From: Eledone cirrhosa
Taxonomy: Eukaryota
Length of the DNA: 64,000 bases
Assembly (NCBI GenBank): GCA_964016885.1
Contig: OZ024743.1
Span: forward strand, 177,134,001-177,198,000
Reading direction: 5' to 3'
Position numbers and translations under genes: made by a program. Positions 37,778-51,399 of this stretch are shown here, piece by piece (positions within the stretch are counted from its first letter, which is position 1; every line of letters begins with the position of its first letter). The notes beneath the pieces were generated by a model. The model ran no database searches. It was given only the letters and a program-made list of their open reading frames with translations, and was not told the DNA's origin.

Positions 37778-38873
37778 GACCAGATAGAAAAATGCGTACA
37801 GCAAAAAAAAAGTAATATTGTTGGAATATAAACCTTTAAAAATATAGGACAAGAAACTAAAATAAAACTTTAAAAGAATAGGACAAGAAACTAAGATAAA
37901 ACTTTAAAAGAATAAGACAAGAAACTAAGATAAAACTTTAAAGAATTGGACAAGAAATAAAAAATTTACAATAATATTAGTGGCAAAATTTTTTTATTCG
38001 TTTCCTGTGCTATGCCCCAGTATCTTCTTGATTAGTGCATAATAATTGTCATGCTCTCATTGTGCGTTGCCCCTGAGCGGTTGGTTCTGGTTGGGGTTGG
38101 TTAGCTGAGCAGTTCTGCTCCGTCAGAATGACCATTGCAAGAAGAATTGGCCGATGCAGCTGCAGGTCTCCTCCAAGAATGCACTTCTGGTCCCGCAACA
38201 CCAGACGAAGATGGAGAAGACGACCGGGACAAGATGTCGACTCTGACCACCGACTACGGCACCTCCCTCAGCCACCGGTCCTCCTGCCCTCTGTCCCGTC
38301 ATCCCTCCAGTCCTCCTGCTCCGCCTTCCTGTACCAGAAAGCTGTGGCACGCATTCATCTGGACTGTCGGACTTGAACTCAAGGACAATATGCAAGGAGA
38401 AGATGGACGGGTTGGTCAAGATCAAGGATGAGCGGGACGACAAGACCGTCCGCTGCTGCTCAAGATCTGTGCTCATGGTCCCATGGGTCCATTCACATTA
38501 TGCATGACACATGAGGCGTGTCGCCGAATGATGAAATAGGGGTATGGTTATGGCCCAATTGGTGTTCAAACCAGGATCAAATGATCCCCCCGGTCTGACG
38601 ACGACCTCTGAATATGGAACCCAGAGCCTATGAATGTGGAACTCGATTTTTTACCAATAAAAATGTTGCCACTAATATTATTGTAAAATTTTTTATTTCT
38701 TGTCCAATTCTTTAAAGTTTTATCTTAGTTTCTTGTCCTATTCTTTTAAAGTTTTATCTTAGTTTCTTGTCCTATTCTTTTAAAGTTTTATTTTAGTTTC
38801 TTGTCCTGTATTTTTAAAGGTTTATATTCCAACAATATTACTTTTTTTTGCTGTACGCATTTTTCTATCTGGT
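37778..38873. mobile_element. Element with ~215-bp terminal inverted repeats containing 32-bp subrepeats and a GC-rich core
   Basis: ACCAGATAGAAAAATGCGTACAGC... / ...GCTGTACGCATTTTTCTATCTGGT; subrepeat TAGGACAAGAAACTAAGATAAAACTTTAAAAG. Confidence 0.75.
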
Positions 38874-39039
38874 ATATATATATATATAGAGAGAGAGAGG
38901 AATATTCGACGAACGCATCTGCCCTAAATAAAAGCAAATTAAACGGCGCTCCAACTTTCTTCTACTGGTACTTTTAGAAATTCCTATGATACATTTCAAT
39001 TTTCATTGCTAAAATGAACCACACCGAATTATTTATTTA

Positions 39040-39218
39040 ATTGTTTCTACTTTAGGCACAAGACCAGCAATTACCCAGTGCATTACTGGTAATTTATTTT
39101 ATCGACCCCGTAAGGATGAAAGGCAAAGTTAACCTCGGCGGGATTTGAACTCAGATCGTAAAGGGACGTAACTATGCTGGAAAGCATGGCGTCCGACCCT
39201 CTACCGATACTGCCAATC
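39040..39218 (-). mobile_element. tRNA-derived SINE
   Basis: Reverse complement of 5425-5612. Confidence 0.85.
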
Positions 39219-39456
39219 AACCCTTATTTAATGATGCATAACTATAAACATAACGTTGTTATTGAAACATATATAATCTCTTTACTGGAATTCTTCTTTA
39301 TGTCATCCAATAGTAATCTTTATACTACACTGACTTCACATCAATAGAAATCTTGTTGATTTCATACAGTATATTTGCTTCAGTTTAAACTACAAGCACA
39401 ACCCAACCTCGCATTCATTATGATGTAATTGCCCGTAAAAACCAAGATCATTTTCA

Positions 39457-39790
39457 TCTTCTTCTTCTTCTTTTGGGGAACTCATGGGGAGACAGAATCC
39501 TCAAACACTCCTTCCATCGGATCCTGTTAGAAGCAACCGTCTCCAAAACTGATTTGGCTGGATCCCCAAATGAGACCAGCCGAGTTCATGGAAGTTATCC
39601 AACCATCTGGCTCGGGGGTCTATCCCTGGGTCTCCATTCGGTTAGTTTTGCCGGTAAAATCCTGTGTCCACCCATTCTCTCTTCGGACATTCTAACCATA
39701 TGTCTGCAATATCGGAGCTTCGAACTCTCAATTTCGAACTCTACCTGGAGCAACTCTGCAGCGTTTCTTATTTGAGACATTCTAACCATA
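39457..39790 (-). mobile_element. RTE-type LINE 3' fragment
   Basis: Homologous to 20103-20600. Confidence 0.7.
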
Positions 39791-40325
39791 TGTTCTTATG
39801 ATTTTGTTTTTATAAATGTTTATTTCTTTCTGTTTTCTTCATCGTTACAGAAGGATAAAGGCGGGTTGATTGGCAGGACTGTTATTTATGAAATGTGTCA
39901 TGCACACACAAGTCATATTCAGTAAGTAATAAAAATACTGTAATGTAACTTTAACTTTTGTAATGTTGAAAGAAAATTCATTTTACCACTGGTTCTAGTA
40001 ATTACACCAAACATTTATATTTAGTTGAAAGGAAAAAACCCAAAGAAAAAAACCCACATTAGTCAACGATTTGATCCAGCAGACAAACGATTCTATTCAG
40101 TCAAATGAATGGTAAATTCTTAAACGCCTCGCTGAATACAAAATCCGAAAAAAAAAAAAACCGTCTATAATTGGCGATTCCACATCCAATCCACCACTGA
40201 ATGAATACACCACACAGAGAACACGTTGTGTGTATTATACATACATGTATCAATATATGTATCAATAAATATATGTATCAATATATGTATATATAAATTT
40301 ATTTATTTATTGAAAAGATTTGGTT

Positions 40326-40838
<513 letters not shown>

Positions 40839-41579
40839 ACCTTAATAATCACAATGAGTGTTGACAGCCTCATTGTGATACTTATAAGATTTCTATAATG
40901 ATAATATAAAATTATGAAATCACATCTGTTCAGATTTATTTAAACTGATTTTATTTACCATAAAAATTCTGAATGGTTGGGATTTAGTACTGCTGCAGTT
41001 GTACAGAAGAATTCAATAATTTAGATAGAGTAAATATATAATACATTAATCATATTTTTAGTTTACAACATTTTGTTAGTGAGTTTCACATCTAATAAGA
41101 CATTGTGACAGGAGTTTCATGTAACAACTTTAGTTTAATACTTGTTTTGCATTGTTAAATCATATTAGACAGATTTAAAACTGTTTCTGTTATCAAAAGT
41201 ATATTAAGAAGGACAACATAATTATGATATTCTCATAAAAATATTTCACATAAAAATATTTTACACGAAGTGTAACGATTATATTTATCATATAGTAGAG
41301 GCTTTCGACTGATATTGGGAAGTTTTCTAGCATTATAACAACTTAAAGTTCAGTAATAATAAAGTCCAGCTAATAAGCATTTTCATAAGCAAAACCTCAA
41401 TGAAGGACACGTTTGCTGGAATCAAACCCATGACCTTATGATCATAAGTACAATGCACTTACCACTAGGCCACATGCCCAAGTTCTGTTCAATCTTCTAC
41501 AGAGCATCCCGCACTAAGTGTGAGTACTCACTTTCTCTGGGTCATCAATTGGACTAATGATCCTTAGTGGTCAGATCCA

Positions 41580-41886
41580 GGCCAAATGTAAAATGTAAGC
41601 CCCACAAAATCTGCGAATAGGCCTAGACGAAATGTAAAATGTAAGCCCTCAAAGTCTGGTTATAGTCCCAGACAAAATGTAAAATATAGGCCCATAACAT
41701 CTGGTTATAGTCCCAAACAAAATGTAAAATATAGGCCCCCACAATCTGGTTATAGTACCAGACAAGATGTAAAATATAGGGTCTCAGAATATAGTTATAG
41801 TCCCAGACAAGATCTAAGATATAGGCCTTCACAATCTGGTTATAGTCTCATACAAAATGTGAAATGTAGGCCTTCAAAATCTGGTG
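41580..41886. repeat. 45-bp minisatellite, about 7 copies, at the start of the channel 3' UTR
   Basis: CTGGTTATAG at 41656, 41701, 41746 and 41836. Confidence 0.9.
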
Positions 41887-41898
41887 TAAATTAAAGCC

Positions 41899-42038
41899 TT
41901 AAAGGTTCTCAACTTTCTTTTTCGTCAATAATTTCGTCAATAATTTTTGAAAGGAGAATCCGATAGCAAAGTCTGCTAGTTCAAATAAAGTAATAATACT
42001 TGATCCGAGTAGAAGGCCGAGCGCTCCTCCGGTATCAC
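41899..42038 (-). CDS. DEG/ENaC (ASIC-like) channel, last coding exon (TM2 and C-tail)
   Basis: ttccAG acceptor; (C)DTGGALGLLLGSSIITLFELADF is the TM2 signature; TAA stop. Confidence 0.93.
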
Positions 42039-42116
42039 CTGGAATTATAAAGAGAGTTTTGGTGAGAGTGGTGGGAATGATGATGATGATAATGATGATG
42101 ATGATGATAATGTTGA

Positions 42117-42150
<34 letters not shown>

Positions 42151-43174
42151 GGTGGTGGTATAATGAGGATGAGGATGAGGAAAAATAAACACGTTCCAAA
42201 CATAACCATGTAACGCATACAAATAATTATAGAGAACTAATTAACAATTATTATGGGAATCAGACATGCATACATATATACACACATATACACATACATA
42301 TATTCATACATACATACTTACATTCATTCATACATACATACTTACATACATACATACATACATACATACATGCATACATACATGATGGCTGCAAACTCTG
42401 CTAAGAGTATTGCAATCGCTTGTTAGATTATAGGATTTGGTGTACCTTTAGGGTACCGCCAGTCACAGGAACCTGTAACAGATTTTGAACAAGCATTGCC
42501 TGTGCTTTGAAAGTTTTTTAAGTGGGGAAAACCCTTGCACTCGACCAATCCCACTCTCTGAGCATCGAAAACACTACCTGAAAAGGAGAACTGGTCAACA
42601 TCATCGGATGCTTTTTTTTTCAGAGGCGTTTTTTTTCAGTTTCCCTCTCCTAGAAAGATGTCATAACAACTGGGGGCCATGCATACATACATACATACAC
42701 ACATACATACATACATACATACATACATACATACATACATACATACATACATACATACATACATACATACATACATACAGTGGAAGTTAGCTGCCCAAAA
42801 GATGCCAATATAATATTGCGAAAAGGAGAATATCTATGCAGAACTAATGAGAAATACACAGATACTCCACCCTGACTAAACCTTCAGATTTATCCCTGTG
42901 ATTATTGGGGCACTGGGATATGTTAGTAACTGCATCAGTACAAATCTTGAGAAGCTGGGCTTCACAGAAACAGAAAGAACGCGGCTAGTTAGGAAATTAC
43001 AAGTATAATCCATAAATGGAACTGTAGAAATATGTAAAACATTCCAAAAATTCTGCATGTAATAACTTCATATTCACAGTATAGATACAAAACATAAGCC
43101 CGTGTAGACATATAACTCAAAACATGCAGAATAACATCCTTACCTGCATACACACTCGCACACACACACACGCA

Positions 43175-43296
<122 letters not shown>

Positions 43297-43413
43297 TACA
43301 TACGTATTTACCTAGTTGATGTTGTCTAAATTCAAATGAAAGAGACTTGTGTCTATGTTAGAAACCGACACTCTCCCTCTGTTGGTAAACATTTATAAAA
43401 TAAAACCAGAAGA

Positions 43414-43450
<37 letters not shown>

Positions 43451-44527
43451 ATAATGAAATTAGTGTGTACAGTGCTCATAAATATATATATATATATACT
43501 GCATATATATATATACACACACACAGATACATGCTCTCCTACTACGCTCCATCAAACCATCACAGACTGAGAAAAGTCCTGTGCATCACGGTTAAAATTT
43601 TACTCGTCGTGCCTTTGTTATCACTCATCTGCGCAGGGCTGATTAATTTAAAAAAGATGTTACCTGGAATCGCATCAAACGATTACATGTATTTTCTTTT
43701 TACAAAAGTCAGGTTTTGTGTCTAATTAGTTTGAAATGTATGTTCAAGATCATTCATATAAGGTATTTGAAGGCGGTGAATTGGCAGATAGAATGCTTTG
43801 CGGTATTCAATTCGGCTCTCTGCTCTCTCAGTTTAAATCCCACTAAGTATAGCTTTCTATTTCATCCCGTCGAGGGAAAAAAAAATACCAGTCTAGTAAT
43901 GTAGTCGAGTGTTCTTCTGTATCTATTTCTCAACATCACCCCACTCTTTCTATCCTTCTCTGTAAGAAATATGCAGTGTTCTTACCTGGAGAGAGAATGG
44001 GCTCCGCCAGGTTTTAAAATGCCCTACACCATTTGTCAATATGGCGCCCCTACGACTCCACCATGTATAACGGGACTATACACACTTGAACACAAAAAAT
44101 TACATAGCGAATCGGATGGACTGGGCTTCAGTCGGTTTCGACGATGAATATTTCAATTGATCGATCAAGGGTACAACCTACTTATGAAATTAGCGTGTAA
44201 GTGGCCGAGCCTCATACAGACATGTGTAGCCATACCGTAATCCTCAGGGAGATTCAGCTTAACAATACTGTTTTTTAAAATTAGTTTCAGTTCATACGAC
44301 AGGCTTCCAATCAACTTTGTTTCCCTCACAAGGGATGGCTCGGTCTGATATGAAATTACCCTTAACACTATGTTGCGGTAAAATATAAAATGCTGGGGGG
44401 GTTTTACGTAGGAAAATTCAAAGGAGCGAAGTATGATGCGAAACGAAATGGCAACATTTGTAGATATCACAAAATATGGATGATGGAATCTGGTTAAAGT
44501 AGCAGATAGACAGTGTTTCGAATGTCT

Positions 44528-44710
44528 AATAATTGTTTCTACTTTTGGCACAAGGCCAGCAATTATCCCAGTGTATTACTGGGACTTTATTTTATCGACC
44601 CCCGTAAGGATGAAAGGCAAAGTTAACCTCGGCGGGATTTGAACTCACTCCGTAAAGGACGTAACTGTGCTGCAAAGTAGGGCGTCCGACCCTCTACCGA
44701 TACTGCCAAT
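44528..44710 (-). mobile_element. tRNA-derived SINE
   Basis: Reverse complement of 5425-5612. Confidence 0.85.
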
Positions 44711-44888
44711 GAATCACTTAATGTTTAACAAAACCGAATATCTGTCTACAAGTAGTTGGAAGCACTAAAAAACTGATGACTGTTTCATTGCCTGCAGTGC
44801 CTACTTCTGACCAACAATCAGGAAAAGCTACTTTTTGTCAAACCTAGCTCGGGGAATGTATCTCTCAACAGTTGGATGCTACGAAAAT

Positions 44889-45063
44889 TACTGTATTTCC
44901 CGGGGCCGAAGAGGCTTCTTCTTTGAGGACGCACCCTAATTTTGATAACCAAAAATTCAAAAAAAAAATAATAAACAACCTTCGGCCGCCAGGACGCATT
45001 GGTAGATTTTTGAGACTTATTTTTTGAAAAAAAGTAGCGTCTTCGATACTGGGAAATACGGTA
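44889..45063. mobile_element. Tc2/pogo-type MITE
   Basis: TA-CTGTATTTCCCGG ... CTGGGAAATACGG-TA terminal inverted repeats with TA target duplication. Confidence 0.78.
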
Positions 45064-45467
45064 GATAGAAACGTCTAAATCATTGAATCTTGTGATATAA
45101 AAGCAAAAAAGAAAGTAAAATAAAGTATTCATTTCTTGAGCTGTATGTGATCGTGTCAAGGGTTATGAATAAAATGTCTACTTTTCACCAAAGTCTGGAT
45201 TGTTCATTGACACCATTGGAGATACCATTATTGAGAAAAGTCGAGCATGTACAGATTAAAGAAGCTTCTAAATAGTCAATTGATCTGCTAGAAATAGCAA
45301 TCAAATCTCTCTCAAACAAGCTACAGATAACCTAGCCCGAATTACATACACTATCTACGAAGACAAAATGTGAGGTATCATGGCTTATATATCTTTTGTC
45401 ATAGCTCCTGCACGGTCAGGTCTGACGTAAGAAAATATTAGTTGAATTTTTCACAGTATTTAAGAGA

Positions 45468-45750
45468 ATTTCTATAGTGACACAGAAAGTGGAATGGTGT
45501 GACGTTGGTAACAGTTTCTATAGTGATACAGAAAGTGGAGGGTATAACGTTGACAACTGTTTCTATAGTGACACAAGAAGTGGTGTGGTGTAACGTTGTT
45601 CACAGTTTCTATAGTGACACAGGAAGTGGAAGGGTGTAACGTTGGTAACTGTTTCTATAGTGACACAGAATGTGGAGGGGTGTAACGTTGGTAACTGTTT
45701 CTATAGTGATATAGACAGTGGTGTGGTGTAACGTTGGTAACTGTGTCTAT
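45468..45750. repeat. 46-bp minisatellite, about 6 copies, abutting a splice donor
   Basis: TCTATAGTGA at 45471, 45517 and onward. Confidence 0.9.
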
Positions 45751-45756
45751 ACTTAC

Positions 45757-45848
45757 AGAGAAAGGAAAAGATGTCGTAAGCCACTTGGTCGGTGATAATT
45801 TCGTAACTTAATTGTTTGTAGAAAAATGCAATCTCGAGGATATTCTCG
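45757..45848 (-). CDS. DEG/ENaC channel exon (beta11-beta12, pre-TM2), 92 bp
   Basis: ctAG...GTAAGT; (R)ENILEIAFFYKQLSYEIITDQVAYDIFSFL(C); phases match both neighbours; not called in this frame by the ORF track. Confidence 0.93.
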
Positions 45849-46399
45849 CTAGAACATAAGATAGAATGTCATCATCATTATCATCATTATCATCATAATC
45901 AACATCATCATCATCATCATTATCATCATTATCATCATAATCAACATCATCATAATCATCATCATCATTATCATCATTATCATCATTATCGTTATCATTA
46001 TCATCATCATCATTACCATCATCATCACCAGCACGACTACCCTCCTCCTCCCCCCCCCCCCTCCTCCTCCCCCTCCTCCTCCTCATCATCATCTATCAAC
46101 CCTGCTCTCCCATCATCATCAGCACCCATGATACCCATGATAGAAATATGAGGGCAGTGGAGGGAGATTCCCAGAGGGTTTCTTTAGAAACCCTGCCAAA
46201 TATCCGGCAACTCCTGCTTTCAGTCACATCCCCATCCAATTACTACATTACTTGACATATAAAGATCACATATCAACTATTCCTTTTTAGTCAAAGGGGG
46301 AAAAACTGCCCTGACTCTTTTCAGGTTGTACAGGTTTGGATAAGTCAAGGAGGAGATTATCCTCAGATAGGGTTTCTGATATTTTCAAAGATTTGGCTC

Positions 46400-46790
46400 A
46401 GAATCTCTGGACAGATTTTACGGGCAAAACCAACTGGTAGGAAATCCAGGGGTGGACCCCGAGAAAGATGGTTGGATAACATCTATGACCTTGGCTGGTC
46501 TCGCTTGGTGATCCAGCCTGATCAGTTGGAGACTGTTGCTTTTGACAGGAACCGCAGTAAGGGGTGTTTGAGGACTCTGCCCCGACGAATCAGTCAGGAA
46601 TTAGTGGGCGAAGAAGCAGAAAAAGAAGAAGAAAAAGAAAAAGAAAAAGAAAAAGAAAAAGAAAAAGAAAAAGAAAAAGAAAAAGAAAAAAAAGAAAAAG
46701 AAAAAGAAAAAGAAAAAGAAAAAGAAAAAGAAGAAGAAGAAGAAGAAGAAGAAGAAGAAGAAGAAGAAGAAGAAGAAGAAGAAGAAGAAG
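46400..46790 (+). mobile_element. RTE-type LINE 3' fragment with GAA/GAAAAA tail
   Basis: SRGGPRERWLDNIYDLGWSRLVIQ...AFDR. Confidence 0.72.
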
Positions 46791-46874
46791 GGCTCAGATA
46801 AAAACACATGGGCTAAATGGTAGTATTTAAACGAGTGATGGATTAAAGTCACTGTTATCGAAAATGACAGGGGA

Positions 46875-47050
46875 TGGTTGATTAGCAGTAAGTAATTGCT
46901 AGGGCCTCAGACAACATGATTTCGGGTATATAGTTACGTCCCGTTGCATTCTCAGTTCAAATATAGTCGAGGTTATCTTTGCCTTTCATCCTTATGGGGT
47001 CGATAAAATAAAGTGCCAGTAAACACTGGCGTCCATTTAATCGATTTATC
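46875..47050 (+). mobile_element. Degenerate tRNA-derived SINE
   Basis: TTTGCCTTTCATCCTTATGGGGTCGATAAAATAAAG core. Confidence 0.7.
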
Positions 47051-47225
47051 TAAGTAATGTTATCTGAATGAGTGAGTCTTAGATAAAAAAAATAAGAGCA
47101 ATCCCCCTCAACCACCCAACATAAACGAAAAACTCCAATAATTTAGATAAGGAGAGAATGTAAAATAACGTAGAAAGAAGGAGAAAAGTGTAATAAAAAT
47201 ACATCAATAGAAGAAATATACTTAC

Positions 47226-48738
47226 CGTACAAACAAATCATTTATTGTATTTCTTTCTCTAAATTTAAATACGTATTCTTTTACAGTATCATGCCAGTAA
47301 AAGAAATCTTTATCTACGGAGCCAAACATTTCTGCCAGGCTGCCATTTTCCCGATAGGCAAAATACTCGTCTCGAAGTTCTGCAGATATATTTTCTAAAG
47401 GAGCTAAGAATTCTGTGTAATTAGCATATTCATAATAAACGTAGGAATCATGGTCCAGAATGATACATTTCCAGAGCAACAAGATAGTCTCTAAGAGTTT
47501 AGTCCAGCGGTAAAAGAGCAAAGAACTGCGTTCGCGCAATTCTTCCATAAACAATTGCAGGTCTATTATATTTAAAGTGTGGTTATGAGATTGCAAAATG
47601 GCCGCCAAATAGATTTTTGTTATTGACGTGTTCGTCAAATATTGAACGATCTCCGATGAGACATTGAAAACATTTTGTGTTGACATAAGATTCAGATGTT
47701 TCTGATGAATTTGGACCAATGAATTATTCATATCGTTTATAATTTGCCGAATAATTTCCATTGGAGTTTCTAATTCAGTTATTCTGGATTTGATGATTTT
47801 GAGGGCATATTTTATAGTGGCGCTATAAAACACACTCTTCGCACCGTTGAAACGTTCAAACAACTCTACACATACCATCGAGGTTTCTGTAAAGTTTGTC
47901 AGGTTGAATCCATCGTCTCTTGTATTTAGCATATCAGAGAAAATGTACAAATAATTCTTTAAATTAGATAGAGTTTTATTAAGCAAAGTGAACGAAGTAG
48001 AATTTGATTCGTTTAATTTCGTTGTTAGTAGACTCCTTGGAACAGCATAAAAGTTATGTTTTCTCGGCACATTGAAATATGCATAACGAAATATACCTAC
48101 TCCATCGACTAACGACTGATAATATTCTGATAAATTACCCTCTGCCTTTTCTATAATGTTTAATTTGCTGTCGATATTCATTTTAATAGTACGAACTAAC
48201 ATGTCAGTAGCCAGTTCATTTTTATAGTTGCTGTTTGTTAGTTCATCAAGTTTCAAAAACATATTTTTCAGTGAGAAAAGGAAATTGTGGAAATCAAAAC
48301 TGACGTGGCTGAACGTACGTTCGGCTATGGCTTCCCACGGACGTTTAAAGTTTTTTTCTATTAAATATTTCTGATAATTATAAATAAATAGTTTCGTAGT
48401 AAACATGTTCTCTATTTTCTTGGAAATATATTGAAGAACAGTTAATTCTTTTTTAATTTTCATTTCTAGTTTATCCATCATCAGCGTTCGAAAAGCTGCA
48501 TTCGATGAATTTAGATGTAGAAGCATATCTCGAAATTTAGTGTATGTTCCGGAGTCCATCCTGTGCTTCACTTCCTTAGCAGTTATAAGCCTCTGCTTCA
48601 AATCAGCCATACGTGGGTCCATAACCAATTTACTAACTTCATTCGCCGAATGTGTTGTATATGAGATTGTAGGATCGAATAGGAGCATTTTACAAGGTAA
48701 AGGGCAATCACAATTTAATTTAGAGCCTTGAAACATAT
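47226..48738 (-). CDS. DEG/ENaC channel giant exon (1513 bp): end of thumb, beta10 and ~460-aa insertion
   Basis: ttccAG|AT...CG|GTAAG; CDCPLPC motif; 504 open codons in AT-rich DNA. Confidence 0.92.
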
Positions 48739-49334
48739 CTGGAAAGAGAGATAAAACAAAATAAGATATCAGTGAAGATGTAGCGCAAACAAATTATTTA
48801 GATATCATATTATTTGTATTATAAAGAATGGTTTGCTCATGGGCAGAGATGCTACAAAATTGCTTATAAAATAGGTTAGTGACGGAAATCGAATGATACG
48901 AAGAATAGCGGCCGATGGCAACGTCTTTTCCCACCTTTTCAGGTTTTTCATCCTATTTTATAGCATCTCCGCGCATGAGCACGCCATTTTTTATATTCAC
49001 TTTATCTCCTCAACGATTTGTGTAAGGACCAAGAAATCAGTTTACGTATACAAAATGATGACTTGTATTATTTAAAGATAGCCACCGTTTCGGAATAATA
49101 GTAAAATGAGATGTATGTTGCCATTAAATTTCCCACAGAAAATAGAAATGTATGGAAGTATGGTCCCATACCACTTGGTGGGGTCGTGGAGGCACCGTAG
49201 TGACATGTTGAGTTTTTTGAGCATTTTTAAGTCTGGCGGAGTCCATCCCTCTCCAGGCCTGAACACGGCAGATTTCTTCCAGATAAGAATATAGAGTGAG
49301 AGAAAGGAAGTAAGAAAGAGACACAGAGCAAGAA

Positions 49335-49490
49335 TCAACCCCAGTACTAAACTGGTACTTTATTTATCGAGACCTTCAAAGGATGAAAGGCAAAGTTAAC
49401 CTCGGCAATAGTTAAACTAAGAGAACAAATAGCCGGAACGAATACCACAAAGCATTCTATCCGACGTTCTAATGATTCGGCCAATTCACC
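49335..49490 (-). mobile_element. tRNA-derived SINE
   Basis: CTGGTACTTTATTTATCGA...GGATGAAAGGCAAAGTTAACCTCGGC core. Confidence 0.7.
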
Positions 49491-51399
49491 ATAGAACATT
49501 TTCAAGACAAAGAGGCGAGAGGACTCTTTACTAGTATTAAAGATATGACAATATTCCTAGCGTTCGAAACTTCAATTAAATGAATCTGGTATAAGCAGAG
49601 ACACGCGGGAGATTATCAGTGAAATAGGAATACTCTAATATTGAATATGAACCTTTCAGAGAAATTGTTTACGTAAACAAGAAGGTGCAGCGTGTTTAAA
49701 TGGAGTGTGTACGACAGCATAAAGGTATTTCTACAGCAAACATTAGGTCGGTGTATAAGAAAGTAGAAAGTGAATACAGACATACACACACAAACACACA
49801 CACACGCACACAAACACACACTCACACACTCACTCTCTCTCTCACAAACACACACTCACAGACAAACACACACACAAACTCACACACAAACACACACTCA
49901 CACACACACGCTTTCTCACTCACACACACAGATACACACATTCACTCATACACACACACAAACACACACACTCACTCAATCACTCACTCATATTCACACA
50001 CAGATACACACATTCACTCATACACACACAAACACACACACACACACACTCACTCAATTACTCACTCATATTCACACACACACATGCACACGCACGCGCA
50101 CACACTCACATAGACATACCTACACACTCACTCACACATGCATACTCACACATTCACACACACATACTCACACACATACATACACTCACAGATAGTCACA
50201 CACACATACATACACTGACATGCACACACACACACACTCACACACACACATACACGCACACACTCACTCACACAATTACATGCACACAAACACACACACA
50301 CACACATACACACACACATACACACATACATACTCACACACACACCTCAGACGCATCCACACACACACACACACTCACATAGAAATTTAATATATAGATA
50401 TATCTAAATTTTATAAACTTTACTGTAGAAAGGGTAAATTAATGTGAAAAATATTCTGTTTATCTCTTCGTACACAGAAAACAGCCCTCTCAGAAATTTA
50501 ATGTGTAAGTGGCTGAGTATTCCACAGACATGTGCCCTTTTAACGTAATTCTCTGGGAGATTCACAGTTATATAGTGTGTAATAAGGCTGATTGTTTGAA
50601 TTAAAGTCTATTAGAGTCTATTTGGTAGGCTTACAAACAGTTTCCGTCAACCAAATTTACCTCACATTTGATATGGAATTGAGTAAACCATTCACTGACA
50701 AATACATTAGATCGAACATTCAACGGAATCAATCAACAAGATCTCAGCCCTCATTCACTTACCAAGTGGGGTGGAACTCGTTAAATCCTGACCTAGGAAA
50801 CAATGTTTCCATTGGTCTTTCCATTGCTGATATTATCTACCGGTCGCAACTCCTGGTAGAAAGCGCAACGTGAAAGAAAGTGTCTTGTTGAAGGACATGA
50901 CACATCACCCAGTCCAGCAATCGAACTCATAACCTGACGATTGTGAATCCAATTCTGCAACCACTAACCGATGAACCTTCACTAGACAGAACAAATAAAC
51001 GCAAATATTTGGAAAAATGGCTTAGATTTCCCGTCAAGTAAGGCCTGATGCAAAACAGAGCTATTGAATTTCCACAGAGACAGCTGCTGTGGACCCACGC
51101 ATTTGCGCATGTGCGAGATGGGGAGAGCGAGAGAGATGAGGGTAGTGATGATAAAGTTATCTTGAAATTATCTTAAATTTTGTTTTTATAATACACATTG
51201 TGTTACTCTAATTTTAATGTAATGTCTGTTGATTCATTGAAATTATTTATTATATTCTTTACTCATTCTCCTCTTCCTCTTTAATATCACCCATGCTCTA
51301 CTTTTAGTACTAGGAATATACTGAATTAAATATGTATACAATAATTGCCAGTTATGTATTATTACCATATAATCTATTAACAGCGCTTTTCTCTTAACA

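Noticed and set aside
42039-42222. N-terminal part of ORF 41899-42222
   Set aside because: Intronic (ATC/ACC)n repeat upstream of the AG acceptor at 42039-42040
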